In this document: one piece after another, positions 9,743 to 19,382 of the stretch | Position numbering within the stretch: position 1 is the first letter of the stretch | Layout of the letters: every line of letters starts with the position of its first letter | DNA from: Collinsella sp. | Lineage (GTDB): Bacteria; Actinomycetota; Coriobacteriia; Coriobacteriales; Coriobacteriaceae | Direction: 5' to 3' | DNA: 64,000 bases | Assembly (NCBI GenBank): GCA_019414265.1 | Contig: DXMJ01000008.1 | Span: 8,540 to 72,539, forward strand | Notes under the pieces: model-generated | Seen by the model: only the letters and a program-made list of their open reading frames with translations | The model's database searches: none | What the model was told of the DNA's origin: nothing | Made by a program: the position numbers and the translations under genes

Positions 9743-11032
9743 ATGTTCTGTTCGCAGTGTGGCGCCCCCATGGGCGATAACGACAAGTTCTGCGGCGTGT
9801 GTGGTGCCCCCAATGTCGGTGCTGCAGCTTCCACCCCTCAGGGTCAGCCTCAGCCTCAGCAGTTTGTTCCTCAACCTGTCGCGAACGCGTCCAAGGGCTG
9901 CACGGCTCAGGCGTTTGAGGATATGACCAAGACTCCGGGCGTGCTGCAGCGCGTGTGCCAGATTGCCTTTTTGCCGGCGCTTATCTGTGTCGTGTCGGTA
10001 CTCGTGCTGTTCATCCCCGTTATCGGCGGTATTGCGGCTGCCATCGGCTTTTTGGCTGCCTACGTGGCGAGCGTGTGCGGTTCGGGCTTTGGTATCGAGT
10101 GGGGTCGCGACCTGTCGCTTAAGATCGATGACGGCATGGGTCGTCCGTTGATGCGTTCCACGTCGTTTGGTCTCGGAATCTTTTCGAGCGTTATTTCGGT
10201 CGTACTCGAGTTTATCGCTGCCATTCCCATTATCGGTGTAGTGCTTTCGCTGGTGGAGGGCGTGGTAATTGGCGCCGCGGGCTCGTATTCTTATTACGGC
10301 TCTTATGCGCTCGAGGCTGCGCTGTTTGGCTCGCTTGGCCTGCTTGTCCTGGCTATGATTGCCACGGTGGTCCTGGGGGTCTTCTTTAAGATGTTCGCCG
10401 ACATTGCCGTGATGCACTTTGCGGTGACCGGTCGCGTCGAGAGCGCGTTTTCGCTCGATAAGGTTTGGGCGGCCTTTAAGAACAACAAGACCAAGCTGTT
10501 CTGCGCTTCGTTCCTCCCCGAGTTTTTGACGGGCCTGGTTTCCAACGCCATTACGTGGATCTTGACAGCTGTCTTTGGTGCCATCGCCGGAATTGGCGCG
10601 TACGGCTATTACTATCGCCCCACGGGTATCGAGGCGATTGTTACCGCCGGTGGTGTCACGCTCGTATTGTTCCTGGTGCTGATTGCATTCGTCACGGTGT
10701 TCCTTACGGTCTTTGGCAAGATGCTCAAGCACCGTGCCGTTGGCTATTGGGCTGCACGTTATGCAAGCGAATGGGCCGATGAGGACAAGGACGACGTTTT
10801 GACTTTTGTGCTCCCGGGTGAGAAGAAGCCTGCTCCTGCGGGATTCAATCCCACGGCAGCCACTGGTGCTGCGCCTGCCCCGGCACCCGCGCCTGCACCT
10901 GCCCCGGCACCTGCTCCTGTCCCCGCACCGGCGTCCGAGGCGACGCCTGCGGAGCCCGATTGGGATGCCGTTGCCACGCCGGCGGATGAGCCGGGCGATA
11001 ATCCTGCTGCCGAAAACAATCAAACCGAATAG
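9743..11032 (+). CDS. Zinc-ribbon plus DUF4013-like polytopic membrane protein with Pro-Ala tail
   Basis: MFCSQCG...KFCGVCG zinc ribbon, about 6 TM segments, (AP)n C-terminal repeat. Confidence 0.7.
   Translation: MFCSQCGAPMGDNDKFCGVCGAPNVGAAASTPQGQPQPQQFVPQPVANASKGCTAQAFEDMTKTPGVLQRVCQIAFLPALICVVSVLVLFIPVIGGIAAAIGFLAAYVASVCGSGFGIEWGRDLSLKIDDGMGRPLMRSTSFGLGIFSSVISVVLEFIAAIPIIGVVLSLVEGVVIGAAGSYSYYGSYALEAALFGSLGLLVLAMIATVVLGVFFKMFADIAVMHFAVTGRVESAFSLDKVWAAFKNNKTKLFCASFLPEFLTGLVSNAITWILTAVFGAIAGIGAYGYYYRPTGIEAIVTAGGVTLVLFLVLIAFVTVFLTVFGKMLKHRAVGYWAARYASEWADEDKDDVLTFVLPGEKKPAPAGFNPTAATGAAPAPAPAPAPAPAPAPVPAPASEATPAEPDWDAVATPADEPGDNPAAENNQTE
10871..10933 (+). repeat. Low-complexity coding repeat encoding (Ala-Pro)n
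   Basis: Degenerate GCNCCN hexamers encoding APAPAPAPAPAPAPAPVPAPA. Confidence 0.8.
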
Positions 11033-11039
11033 CCGGTCG

Positions 11040-11075
11040 AGGCGCCCTGGGCAACTGAGCCCGGGGTGCCTTTTT
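11040..11075 (+). terminator. Intrinsic terminator
   Basis: AGGCGCCCTGGGC...GCCCGGGGTGCCT stem plus TTTTT. Confidence 0.6.
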
Positions 11076-11227
11076 CTACTGCGAAAGCAAGAAAATGCCT
11101 GGGAAAACGGTTGCAGCAAAATTTCTCGGAAATTGGTCAATGTTGCGCAACAACGTCGCGGCTATTGTTGAGAACGTAGACGTGTAAGGTTTGAAGGCGT
11201 GCGACGCCTTAGGAAAAGGAGAGGCTC

Positions 11228-11836
11228 ATGTTCTGTCCCACTTGTGGTTCTCCCATTTCGGATGATGCCAAATTCTGCCCTGTTTGCGGATCCGCCGTTG
11301 GTGCCGCTTCTGCCGCTCCGGCCCCGCAGCCCCAGCCCGCTCCGGCCCAGGCTATTCAGCCCGTGCCCCAGCCTCAGCAGCAGTACACCGGTCAATACGC
11401 CCAACAGTCCGCATCCGCTCCGATGGGCTATGGCCCCATTAAGGCTGACCGCAGCCTGATCGGCTGGCTGCTGCTCTCTCTTGTGACCTGCGGTATCTAT
11501 TCGTTCTACTTCCTGTATTGCTTGGCACGCGACGTCAACACGTTGTGTCAGGATGACGGCGATTACACGCCGGGTCTGGCGGAATTCATCCTTCTATCGT
11601 TTGTGACCTGCGGCTTCTACGCGTACTACTGGTATTACAAGATTGGCAACCGCCTGCAGGCCAACGCTCCTCGCTACGGCCTGGTGTTCCAGGAAAACGG
11701 CACCACCGTTCTTCTGTGGCAGATCTTCGGCGCGCTCCTGTGCGGCCTTGGTCCCATCTTCGCTATGAACATCATCATCAATAATACCAATGCCATGGCA
11801 ACGGCTTACAACACTCGCCTTGGCGCTCGTGCCTAA
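11228..11836 (+). CDS. Zinc-ribbon plus DUF4234-like membrane protein
   Basis: MFCPTCG...KFCPVCG; repeated LLS.VTCG(I/F)Y..Y(W/F).Y motif; AGGAGAGG RBS. Confidence 0.8.
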   Translation: MFCPTCGSPISDDAKFCPVCGSAVGAASAAPAPQPQPAPAQAIQPVPQPQQQYTGQYAQQSASAPMGYGPIKADRSLIGWLLLSLVTCGIYSFYFLYCLARDVNTLCQDDGDYTPGLAEFILLSFVTCGFYAYYWYYKIGNRLQANAPRYGLVFQENGTTVLLWQIFGALLCGLGPIFAMNIIINNTNAMATAYNTRLGARA

Positions 11837-12326
11837 CAATAAGGGCGGCGTGAACAGCTCCCAGGGACATAGGGGCACGGCAGAGCTCCTTCGCCGCGCC
11901 CTTTTTTGCACCGGCGCGCTCTTTGTCGCCTGGCTCGCGCTCTACCTGCTCGATATCGGCTGCATTTTTCGAATGATGACGGGCGCTCCTTGTCCGGGAT
12001 GCGGCATGACGAGGGCGTGGCTGGCGGCGCTGCGTCTCGATTTTGCGGCGGCCTTTGCCTACCATCCGCTGTTTTGGGTGGTGCCGATTGCGTTTGTGCT
12101 CGCGTTCGTGCGCGAGGAGGTGGCATCGAGCAAGCTAAAGCGTGGTGTCGACATTGCAGTCACCGTGTTGTGCATGCTGGTCATCGCCGTATGGATCGTG
12201 CGCCTCATCAATCCGGTAGATGCCGGCCTACTCTTTGGCGGCCATGCGCCCGCCGGAGTCCCCGACGACATCATCCACCTCGAACCCCCACGCTGGCTCA
12301 CCATCCTTCGCTCTTTCCTGTCGTGA
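11829..12326 (+). CDS. DUF2752 family membrane protein
   Basis: GCIFRMMTGAPCPGCGMTRAW...AF.YHPL motif; start codon approximate. Confidence 0.8.
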   Translation: MPNNKGGVNSSQGHRGTAELLRRALFCTGALFVAWLALYLLDIGCIFRMMTGAPCPGCGMTRAWLAALRLDFAAAFAYHPLFWVVPIAFVLAFVREEVASSKLKRGVDIAVTVLCMLVIAVWIVRLINPVDAGLLFGGHAPAGVPDDIIHLEPPRWLTILRSFLS

Positions 12327-12358
12327 CGGAGGACGCGCTAGAAAAGCGGTCGACACAT

Positions 12359-12397
12359 AAGCGGGGGCGAACGTTGAGATAACGTTCGCCCCCGCTT
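12359..12397. terminator. Bidirectional terminator between convergent genes
   Basis: Perfect 17 bp stem AAGCGGGGGCGAACGTT/AACGTTCGCCCCCGCTT. Confidence 0.7.
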
Positions 12398-12432
12398 TGC
12401 TCTAGCCAGGTTGTTATGGGTGGGCGTGATGG

Positions 12433-13896
12433 CTACTCGTCGCGCTTCTCCTCGTGGCGAGCGGCAGCCCGCGCATCGTGGATGCCCTTGATTGCAGCAT
12501 GGCGAGCGGTGCGAGCATCGTGCATGGCGTCGCGCGCCTCAGCGGCTGTTGCCTTGGCAGAGCGCAGCTTGGCGGCCAAGTCGGGGTTGGTCTCGGCAAC
12601 CGCGGCGATCGTGGGGCCGTCGAGCTCCTCTTGCGTGGGCTCGGCCAAAAAGTCGATAGCATACTGGGCGGCCACCATGGAGCCCTTTGCCAGCACGGTC
12701 TCGTCGATCTTGTAGAAGCAGGAATGTTGGGCGTACGTGGCACCAATCTTGGGGTTGCGCGTACCTACAAAGGCGAGCACGCCCGGCACGCGGCGCAGGT
12801 ACTCCGAAAAATCCTCGCCCGAAAGCGTGCCACGGTAATGGCCTTGACCGGTGGGGCCCAGGCACTTGATTACAGCCTGACGGCAGCGCTCGCTCGAGGC
12901 GACCTCGTTTTCGACCTTGTAGTTGGCGATGGTGTAGTCGGTGAGCTCAGCCTCGGCGCCCAGAGCTGCCGCGGTATGCTCCACGATGCGGCGCATGAGC
13001 TCCGGCATTTCCTCGTGGGTCGAATCGCCGTAGGTGCGCACTGTGCCGGCGAGGTAGGCCGTGCCGGCGATAACGTTGCGCGCGGTGCCGCCGTGCAGCT
13101 CGCCGACGGTGATGACAGCCGGCTCGTAGGGGCTAATCTCGCGCGAGACGATGGTCTGCAGGGCGTTGACGATCTCTGCCGCAACCATAACGGCGTCGTG
13201 GCCGCGCTGGGGCATGGCGCCATGGCACGAGGTGCCGCGGACGTCGATGCGGAACCAGTCGGTATTTGCCATGCGTGGGCCGGGCTCGCAGCTTACGGTA
13301 CCGGCGTCGACCTCGCTCCAGATGTGCGCGGCGTAGGCGCCATCGACGCCGTCGAGCACACCCGTGCCAATCATGAGTTTGGCGCCCTGGCCGTTTTCCT
13401 CGCTGGGCTGGAATACGATGCGAATCTCGCCGTGGATGTCATCGGTCATGTGGCGCAGAATCTGCAACGTGCCGAGCATCATGGCGATATGGCAGTCGTG
13501 ACCGCAGGCGTGCATGCAGCCCTCATTGACGCTGACGAACTCCTCGCCGGTCTGCTCAGTGACGGGCAGGGCGTCGATATCGGCGCGCAGCAGGATGCGG
13601 CGGCGCGGCGTGCCGTCCTCGCGGTAGGCATCCGGCGCGGTGCCGCGAAGCGTCGCCACCAGGCCCGTCTTGAGCGGACGCTCGTAGGGGATATTCATGG
13701 CGTCGAGCTGGTTGGCGATGTCGGAAGTCGTGCGCTCCTCGGCAAGGCTCAGCTCCGGGTGCTTATGGAAGTGCCGGCGCTGCTTGATGATGTAGGGTTC
13801 AAACTCGGCGGCGATATCCTGGATGGCCGCGGTGACGTCGTCTGCCGCGCGAACCTCGGTTGCCGCCATAATCTGCTGTGCCTTGGTCTTCGTCAT
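12433..13896 (-). CDS. M20 family amidohydrolase (hippurate hydrolase/aminoacylase-like)
   Basis: RRHFHKHPELS, LRADIDALP, MHACGHDCH, FQPSEE and GEDFS motifs; ATG 13896 after AAGGAG. Confidence 0.9.
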   Translation of the reverse strand: MTKTKAQQIMAATEVRAADDVTAAIQDIAAEFEPYIIKQRRHFHKHPELSLAEERTTSDIANQLDAMNIPYERPLKTGLVATLRGTAPDAYREDGTPRRRILLRADIDALPVTEQTGEEFVSVNEGCMHACGHDCHIAMMLGTLQILRHMTDDIHGEIRIVFQPSEENGQGAKLMIGTGVLDGVDGAYAAHIWSEVDAGTVSCEPGPRMANTDWFRIDVRGTSCHGAMPQRGHDAVMVAAEIVNALQTIVSREISPYEPAVITVGELHGGTARNVIAGTAYLAGTVRTYGDSTHEEMPELMRRIVEHTAAALGAEAELTDYTIANYKVENEVASSERCRQAVIKCLGPTGQGHYRGTLSGEDFSEYLRRVPGVLAFVGTRNPKIGATYAQHSCFYKIDETVLAKGSMVAAQYAIDFLAEPTQEELDGPTIAAVAETNPDLAAKLRSAKATAAEARDAMHDARTARHAAIKGIHDARAAARHEEKRDE

Positions 13897-14064
13897 GGTC
13901 GATTTGCTCCTTGTTGGCTCGATCGCAAAATCGTACAGGCTCTCTCCAGTATGCCACCTGCCGCTAGGGCTGGTAAAGCTGCCGTTTGCCGCTTGGCATT
14001 TTGTAACCGAGGCGGGGGAGTACACTCGGGGGTGTTGAATTTCCTGCCAGAGATGGGGATGCCC

Positions 14065-15702
14065 ATGCAACATATCGATCGGATTATTCGCTCCAAGAAC
14101 GTCTTTACCGCGCAAGACGGCATCGATTCCGCCCGCGAGCTGGCGATTGCCATCGCGGGCGACCGCATCGTCGCAGTCGGTGCGCCCGATGACGTAATTG
14201 CCGCCGCACCTGCCGCCACGCCGGTGGTCGATTACGGCGAGCAGTTTGTCTGCCCCGGTTTCCATGATGCGCATCTGCACTTCTTCCATACCTCGGTCGG
14301 CTCCTCGCCGTACATGCTCATGGATATGGGCGCGTCCGAGGCGGCACTGGTACAACATGCGCTCGAGTTTTCCCAGGACCTGCCCGATGACGCCTGGGTT
14401 GTGACGCAGGGCTGGCGCGACTACCGTTGGGACCCGCCCGAGCATCCTACCAAGGCGTCGCTCGATGCGGCATTCCCCGATCGTCCCTGCGTTATGTATT
14501 CGGGCGACGGGCACACGCTTTGGCTCAACAGCCGCGCACTCGAGGCGCTCGGCGTCACGCGCGACAGCGAGCCGCCAGCGGGCGGCAGCTACGACAAGGA
14601 CGCAAGCGGCGAGCTTACGGGCATTGCTCACGAAGCGGCTGCCATGCAGTTGTTGCCGCGCTGCCTTGAGTGGCTGGGCGAAGATCGCATCGCAAGCGCT
14701 TACGCCGATCAAATGAGGCGCATGGCCGAGCAGGGCATCACCTCGATCTGCGATATGTCGCTCATGCCCATGCCAGGCTGCGATTTTATCCGCGACGACG
14801 TCTACGACAAACTGCAGACAGCCGGCAAGCTGGGCATTCGTGCCCATCTGTTCCCCACGCTGTTGGATGACCAGTCGCGTCTAGAAGAGCTCCAGGTACG
14901 TTATGCGAACAACGCGCTGCTTTCGGCGCCGGGTTTTAAGCAGTTCTTCGATGGCGTGTCGAGTGAACACACGGCATATCTCACCGAGCCCTATACCAAT
15001 CCGCGCTTCCCGGGCGACCAGGGCCGTCTGACAGTCCCGGCTGAGCGCATGCGAAAATTGGTTCTGGCGGCTGCGGAGCGCGGTCACACCGTGCGCATCC
15101 ACGTTATTGGTGACGGTGCGATTCATGCCGCGCTGGATATCTTCGAGGAAGCAGCCGACCTGTACGGCCTGCCCCAGCACGGCCATAACACGCTCGAGCA
15201 CCTGGAGAACCTTCTGCCCGAGGACATCGACCGCCTGCGCAAGCTCAACGTGGTTGCTTCGAGCCAGCCCTGCCACATTACACTCGACCCGGGTGGACCG
15301 GAGCGCGATCTGGGCCTGGAGCGCAGCCGCATCATGTGGCCGTTCGCAACCTATAAGCAGCGCGGCATTCGCCAAGCCTTCGGTACCGACAGCCCTATCA
15401 CGCCCGTTACCAGCATGAACGTGCTCTACACGGCTATCACGCGCCAGGACCCCAAAAGCCACTGGCCCGAGGGCGGCTGGTTGCCGAGCGAGCGCATCGA
15501 TGCAGCAACGGCTCTGCGCAACTACACCTTGGGCAGCGCCTATGCAGCGGGCGACGAGCAAAACCTCGGTAGCTTGGAGCCTGGCAAGTACGCCGACCTG
15601 GTAGTCCTGGACCAAAACCCGCTCACCGTTGATCCCCAAGAACTTCAAGCCACCAAAGTCCAAGCCACCTACCTGGCAGGCAACTTGATTTACGAGCGCT
15701 AA
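14065..15702 (+). CDS. Amidohydrolase_3 (YtcJ-like) metal-dependent hydrolase
   Basis: PGFHDAHLH, KQFFDG, HVIGDGA, LEHLE, FGTDSP and GSLEPGKYADLVVLD motifs; start within 14053-14065. Confidence 0.9.
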   Translation: MQHIDRIIRSKNVFTAQDGIDSARELAIAIAGDRIVAVGAPDDVIAAAPAATPVVDYGEQFVCPGFHDAHLHFFHTSVGSSPYMLMDMGASEAALVQHALEFSQDLPDDAWVVTQGWRDYRWDPPEHPTKASLDAAFPDRPCVMYSGDGHTLWLNSRALEALGVTRDSEPPAGGSYDKDASGELTGIAHEAAAMQLLPRCLEWLGEDRIASAYADQMRRMAEQGITSICDMSLMPMPGCDFIRDDVYDKLQTAGKLGIRAHLFPTLLDDQSRLEELQVRYANNALLSAPGFKQFFDGVSSEHTAYLTEPYTNPRFPGDQGRLTVPAERMRKLVLAAAERGHTVRIHVIGDGAIHAALDIFEEAADLYGLPQHGHNTLEHLENLLPEDIDRLRKLNVVASSQPCHITLDPGGPERDLGLERSRIMWPFATYKQRGIRQAFGTDSPITPVTSMNVLYTAITRQDPKSHWPEGGWLPSERIDAATALRNYTLGSAYAAGDEQNLGSLEPGKYADLVVLDQNPLTVDPQELQATKVQATYLAGNLIYER

Positions 15703-15720
15703 CCCCACATCCCACCCCTC

Positions 15721-15787
15721 AGTTGCGGTGAAATAGTCCCTAAAATCGGCCTTCAAGCCCAAAAACAGGAACTATTCCACCGCAACT
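15721..15787. repeat. Inverted repeat, 21 bp arms with 25 bp spacer
   Basis: AGTTGCGGTGAAATAGTCCCT ... AGGAACTATTCCACCGCAACT. Confidence 0.6.
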
Positions 15788-15860
15788 TAAAAGAGCGCGT
15801 CCCAACAACGTGCCCCCTATCTTGTGCATTCCATCCGCATCGCCATTTTGCTGCACTGAC

Positions 15861-16059
15861 TTTTCTGAATGCCGGGCCCTAGTTAGTCAACCTGGCTCCC
15901 AGGGCGGACCGGAGGGCATGAAGTTTGTCGCGAGTTCCGCACGCAAAGGAAAGCACTTAATGTGCTTTCCGTCTTGCGCAGGACTGTAGAGCAGCAAACT
16001 TCATGCCCTCCGGTCCGCCCCGGGAGCCACCGTTAAGTTATCCCCCGGCATTCAGAAAA
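15861..16059. repeat. Nested palindrome of about 200 bp (REPIN/MITE-like)
   Basis: TTTTCTGAATGCCGGG/CCCGGCATTCAGAAAA outer arms; GGGCGGACCGGAGGGCATGAAGTTTG/CAAACTTCATGCCCTCCGGTCCGCCC; inner GGAAAGCAC/GTGCTTTCC. Confidence 0.8.
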
Positions 16060-16196
16060 TCTAAGTGCCAAAAAATAAGATTTTTTGACTCCGTGTTGTA
16101 TAACCCGCCATTCGTGGGTACCATTCAACGCGTACGCAAACAAAAAGGGTTAATTCGCGTGGTATAACCGCGCGGCCCAAAAAGGAGGAGACAAGC

Positions 16197-16490
16197 ATGT
16201 CGTCTTTGAAGCCGCTTGCAGATCGTGTTCTGGTCAAGCCCGACGAGGCCGAGCAGAAGACCGCTTCTGGTCTGTATATCGCCAGCAACGCTCAGGAGAA
16301 GCCGCAGCGCGGCACCATTGTTGCCGTTGGCGCCGGCAAGGTCAACGACAAGGGTGAGCGCATTCCCATGGACGTCAAGGTCGGTGACGTTGTCATCTAC
16401 GGTAAGTTCGGTGGCAACGAGGTTAAGGTCGACGGCGAGAAGTATCTGCTCATGCGCGCCGATGACATCTACGCTGTCGTCGAGGCCTAG
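16197..16490 (+). CDS. groES: Co-chaperonin GroES
   Basis: LKPLADRVLV, TASGLYI..AQEKPQ, VKVGDVVIY.KFGG. Confidence 0.97.
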   Translation: MSSLKPLADRVLVKPDEAEQKTASGLYIASNAQEKPQRGTIVAVGAGKVNDKGERIPMDVKVGDVVIYGKFGGNEVKVDGEKYLLMRADDIYAVVEA

Positions 16491-16508
16491 TCTCGTCAGA
16501 ATCTCTGA

Positions 16509-18224
<1,716 letters not shown>

Positions 18225-18250
18225 GGCCGACAAGGTCTAGAACTCCCACC

Positions 18251-18392
18251 GGGAATCCGGGGGCGTGACGGGGCTTCTCTCCGGAACGTCCTCGGACATG
18301 CAAAGAGGCTCCGCATCGCGCTTCGCGCTGCGGAGCCTCTTTGCGTCCTGCGGAATGTTCCGGAGAGAAGCCCCGTCACGCCCCCGGATCCC
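18251..18392. repeat. Near-perfect palindrome of about 140 bp downstream of groEL
   Basis: ATCCGGGGGCGTGACGGGGCTTCTCTCCGGAAC ... GTTCCGGAGAGAAGCCCCGTCACGCCCCCGGAT with inner GCAAAGAGGCTCCGCA/TGCGGAGCCTCTTTGC. Confidence 0.8.
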
Positions 18393-18596
18393 CTGTGTTT
18401 ACGGCCTTGAGGTCGGCGTGGACGGAGATCGTGGCTGATGGGGATACATGTCCCGGTCGCTGTTTCGCGGCTTTGCCGCGAAAGGCGCGCTACTTTGGGA
18501 TGGGTGGGGAACGTGGTTGTTGCGGCAACTGATCCCCACCATAAATTACCCTCGGCATACTTGCGCGAAAACCTGCCCGTGCTACACTTGCAATTG

Positions 18597-18782
18597 CTGT
18601 TTCAGGGCGGGGTGAAATTCCCCACTGGCGGTAAATCGGGCGGTGCCAAAGGGGTGCCGTGGCGCAGACGAGGCGTCTGCGACCGAGCCGATGAGTCCGC
18701 GACCCGTGCATGCGTTGGTTCGCATGCCGGCTGAACTGGTGAGATCCCAGTACCAACGGTTAGAGTCCGGATGAAAGAGGCA
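18597..18782 (+). ncRNA. FMN riboswitch (RFN element)
   Basis: CAGGGCGGGGTGAAATTCCCCACTGGCGGT...AGTCCGCGACCCG...GCTGAACTGGTGAGATCCCAGTACCAACGGTTAGAGTCCGGATGAAAGA; directly upstream of an ECF S component. Confidence 0.92.
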
Positions 18783-18791
18783 GGTGATCTT

Positions 18792-19382
18792 ATGTCTGAA
18801 CAGTCGCAGCATATCCATTTTGAGAACACGAATAGGTGGAGCACCAAACAGCTCGTTACCATGGCGTTGATGTGCGCCTTGGGCGCCCTGTTTATGTACG
18901 TGCAGCTGCCCATTCTTCCTTCGGCGCCATTTTTGACGTATGACCCGTCGCTGGTGCCGGCGATGGTGTGCGGATTTGCGTATGGCCCCGGTGCTGGTAC
19001 CGCTGTTGCAGCCATGGCGATCGTTATCCATGCGCTCACTACGGGTGACTGGGTCGGCGCGCTTATGAATCTGGTTGCCACGCTGGGCTACATTCTGCCC
19101 GCGGCTATCGTCTACCAGAAGATGCATACCTATAAGGGTGCCGTGATTGGCCTGGTGCTCGGCGTTATTGCCGCTACGGCGTTGTCTATGGTCGCAAATC
19201 TTACCATTGGCGTATGGTTCTGGTATGGCTCGGTCGATGTGATCGCCCCGCTCATGATTCCTGCGGTGCTGCCGTTCAACCTCATCAAGACCGTGCTCAA
19301 CTCGGTGTTGACGCTTGCGGTGTACAAGGCGGTCTCCAACCTCATCACGCCTAAAAAGGACCAGGTCAAAGGTCGCGCATGA
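18792..19382 (+). CDS. ECF transporter S component, probably riboflavin-specific (RibU-like)
   Basis: PFLTYDPSLVPA...GP.AG, VLPFNLIKT; about 6 TM; FMN riboswitch upstream. Confidence 0.85.
   Translation: MSEQSQHIHFENTNRWSTKQLVTMALMCALGALFMYVQLPILPSAPFLTYDPSLVPAMVCGFAYGPGAGTAVAAMAIVIHALTTGDWVGALMNLVATLGYILPAAIVYQKMHTYKGAVIGLVLGVIAATALSMVANLTIGVWFWYGSVDVIAPLMIPAVLPFNLIKTVLNSVLTLAVYKAVSNLITPKKDQVKGRA

Noticed and set aside
12433..15702. Very long overlapping ORFs (1082 aa on +, 804 aa on -)
   Set aside because: High-GC artefact: each is a real gene extended upstream through the antisense frame of its divergent neighbour. True starts are near 14065 (+) and 13896 (-).
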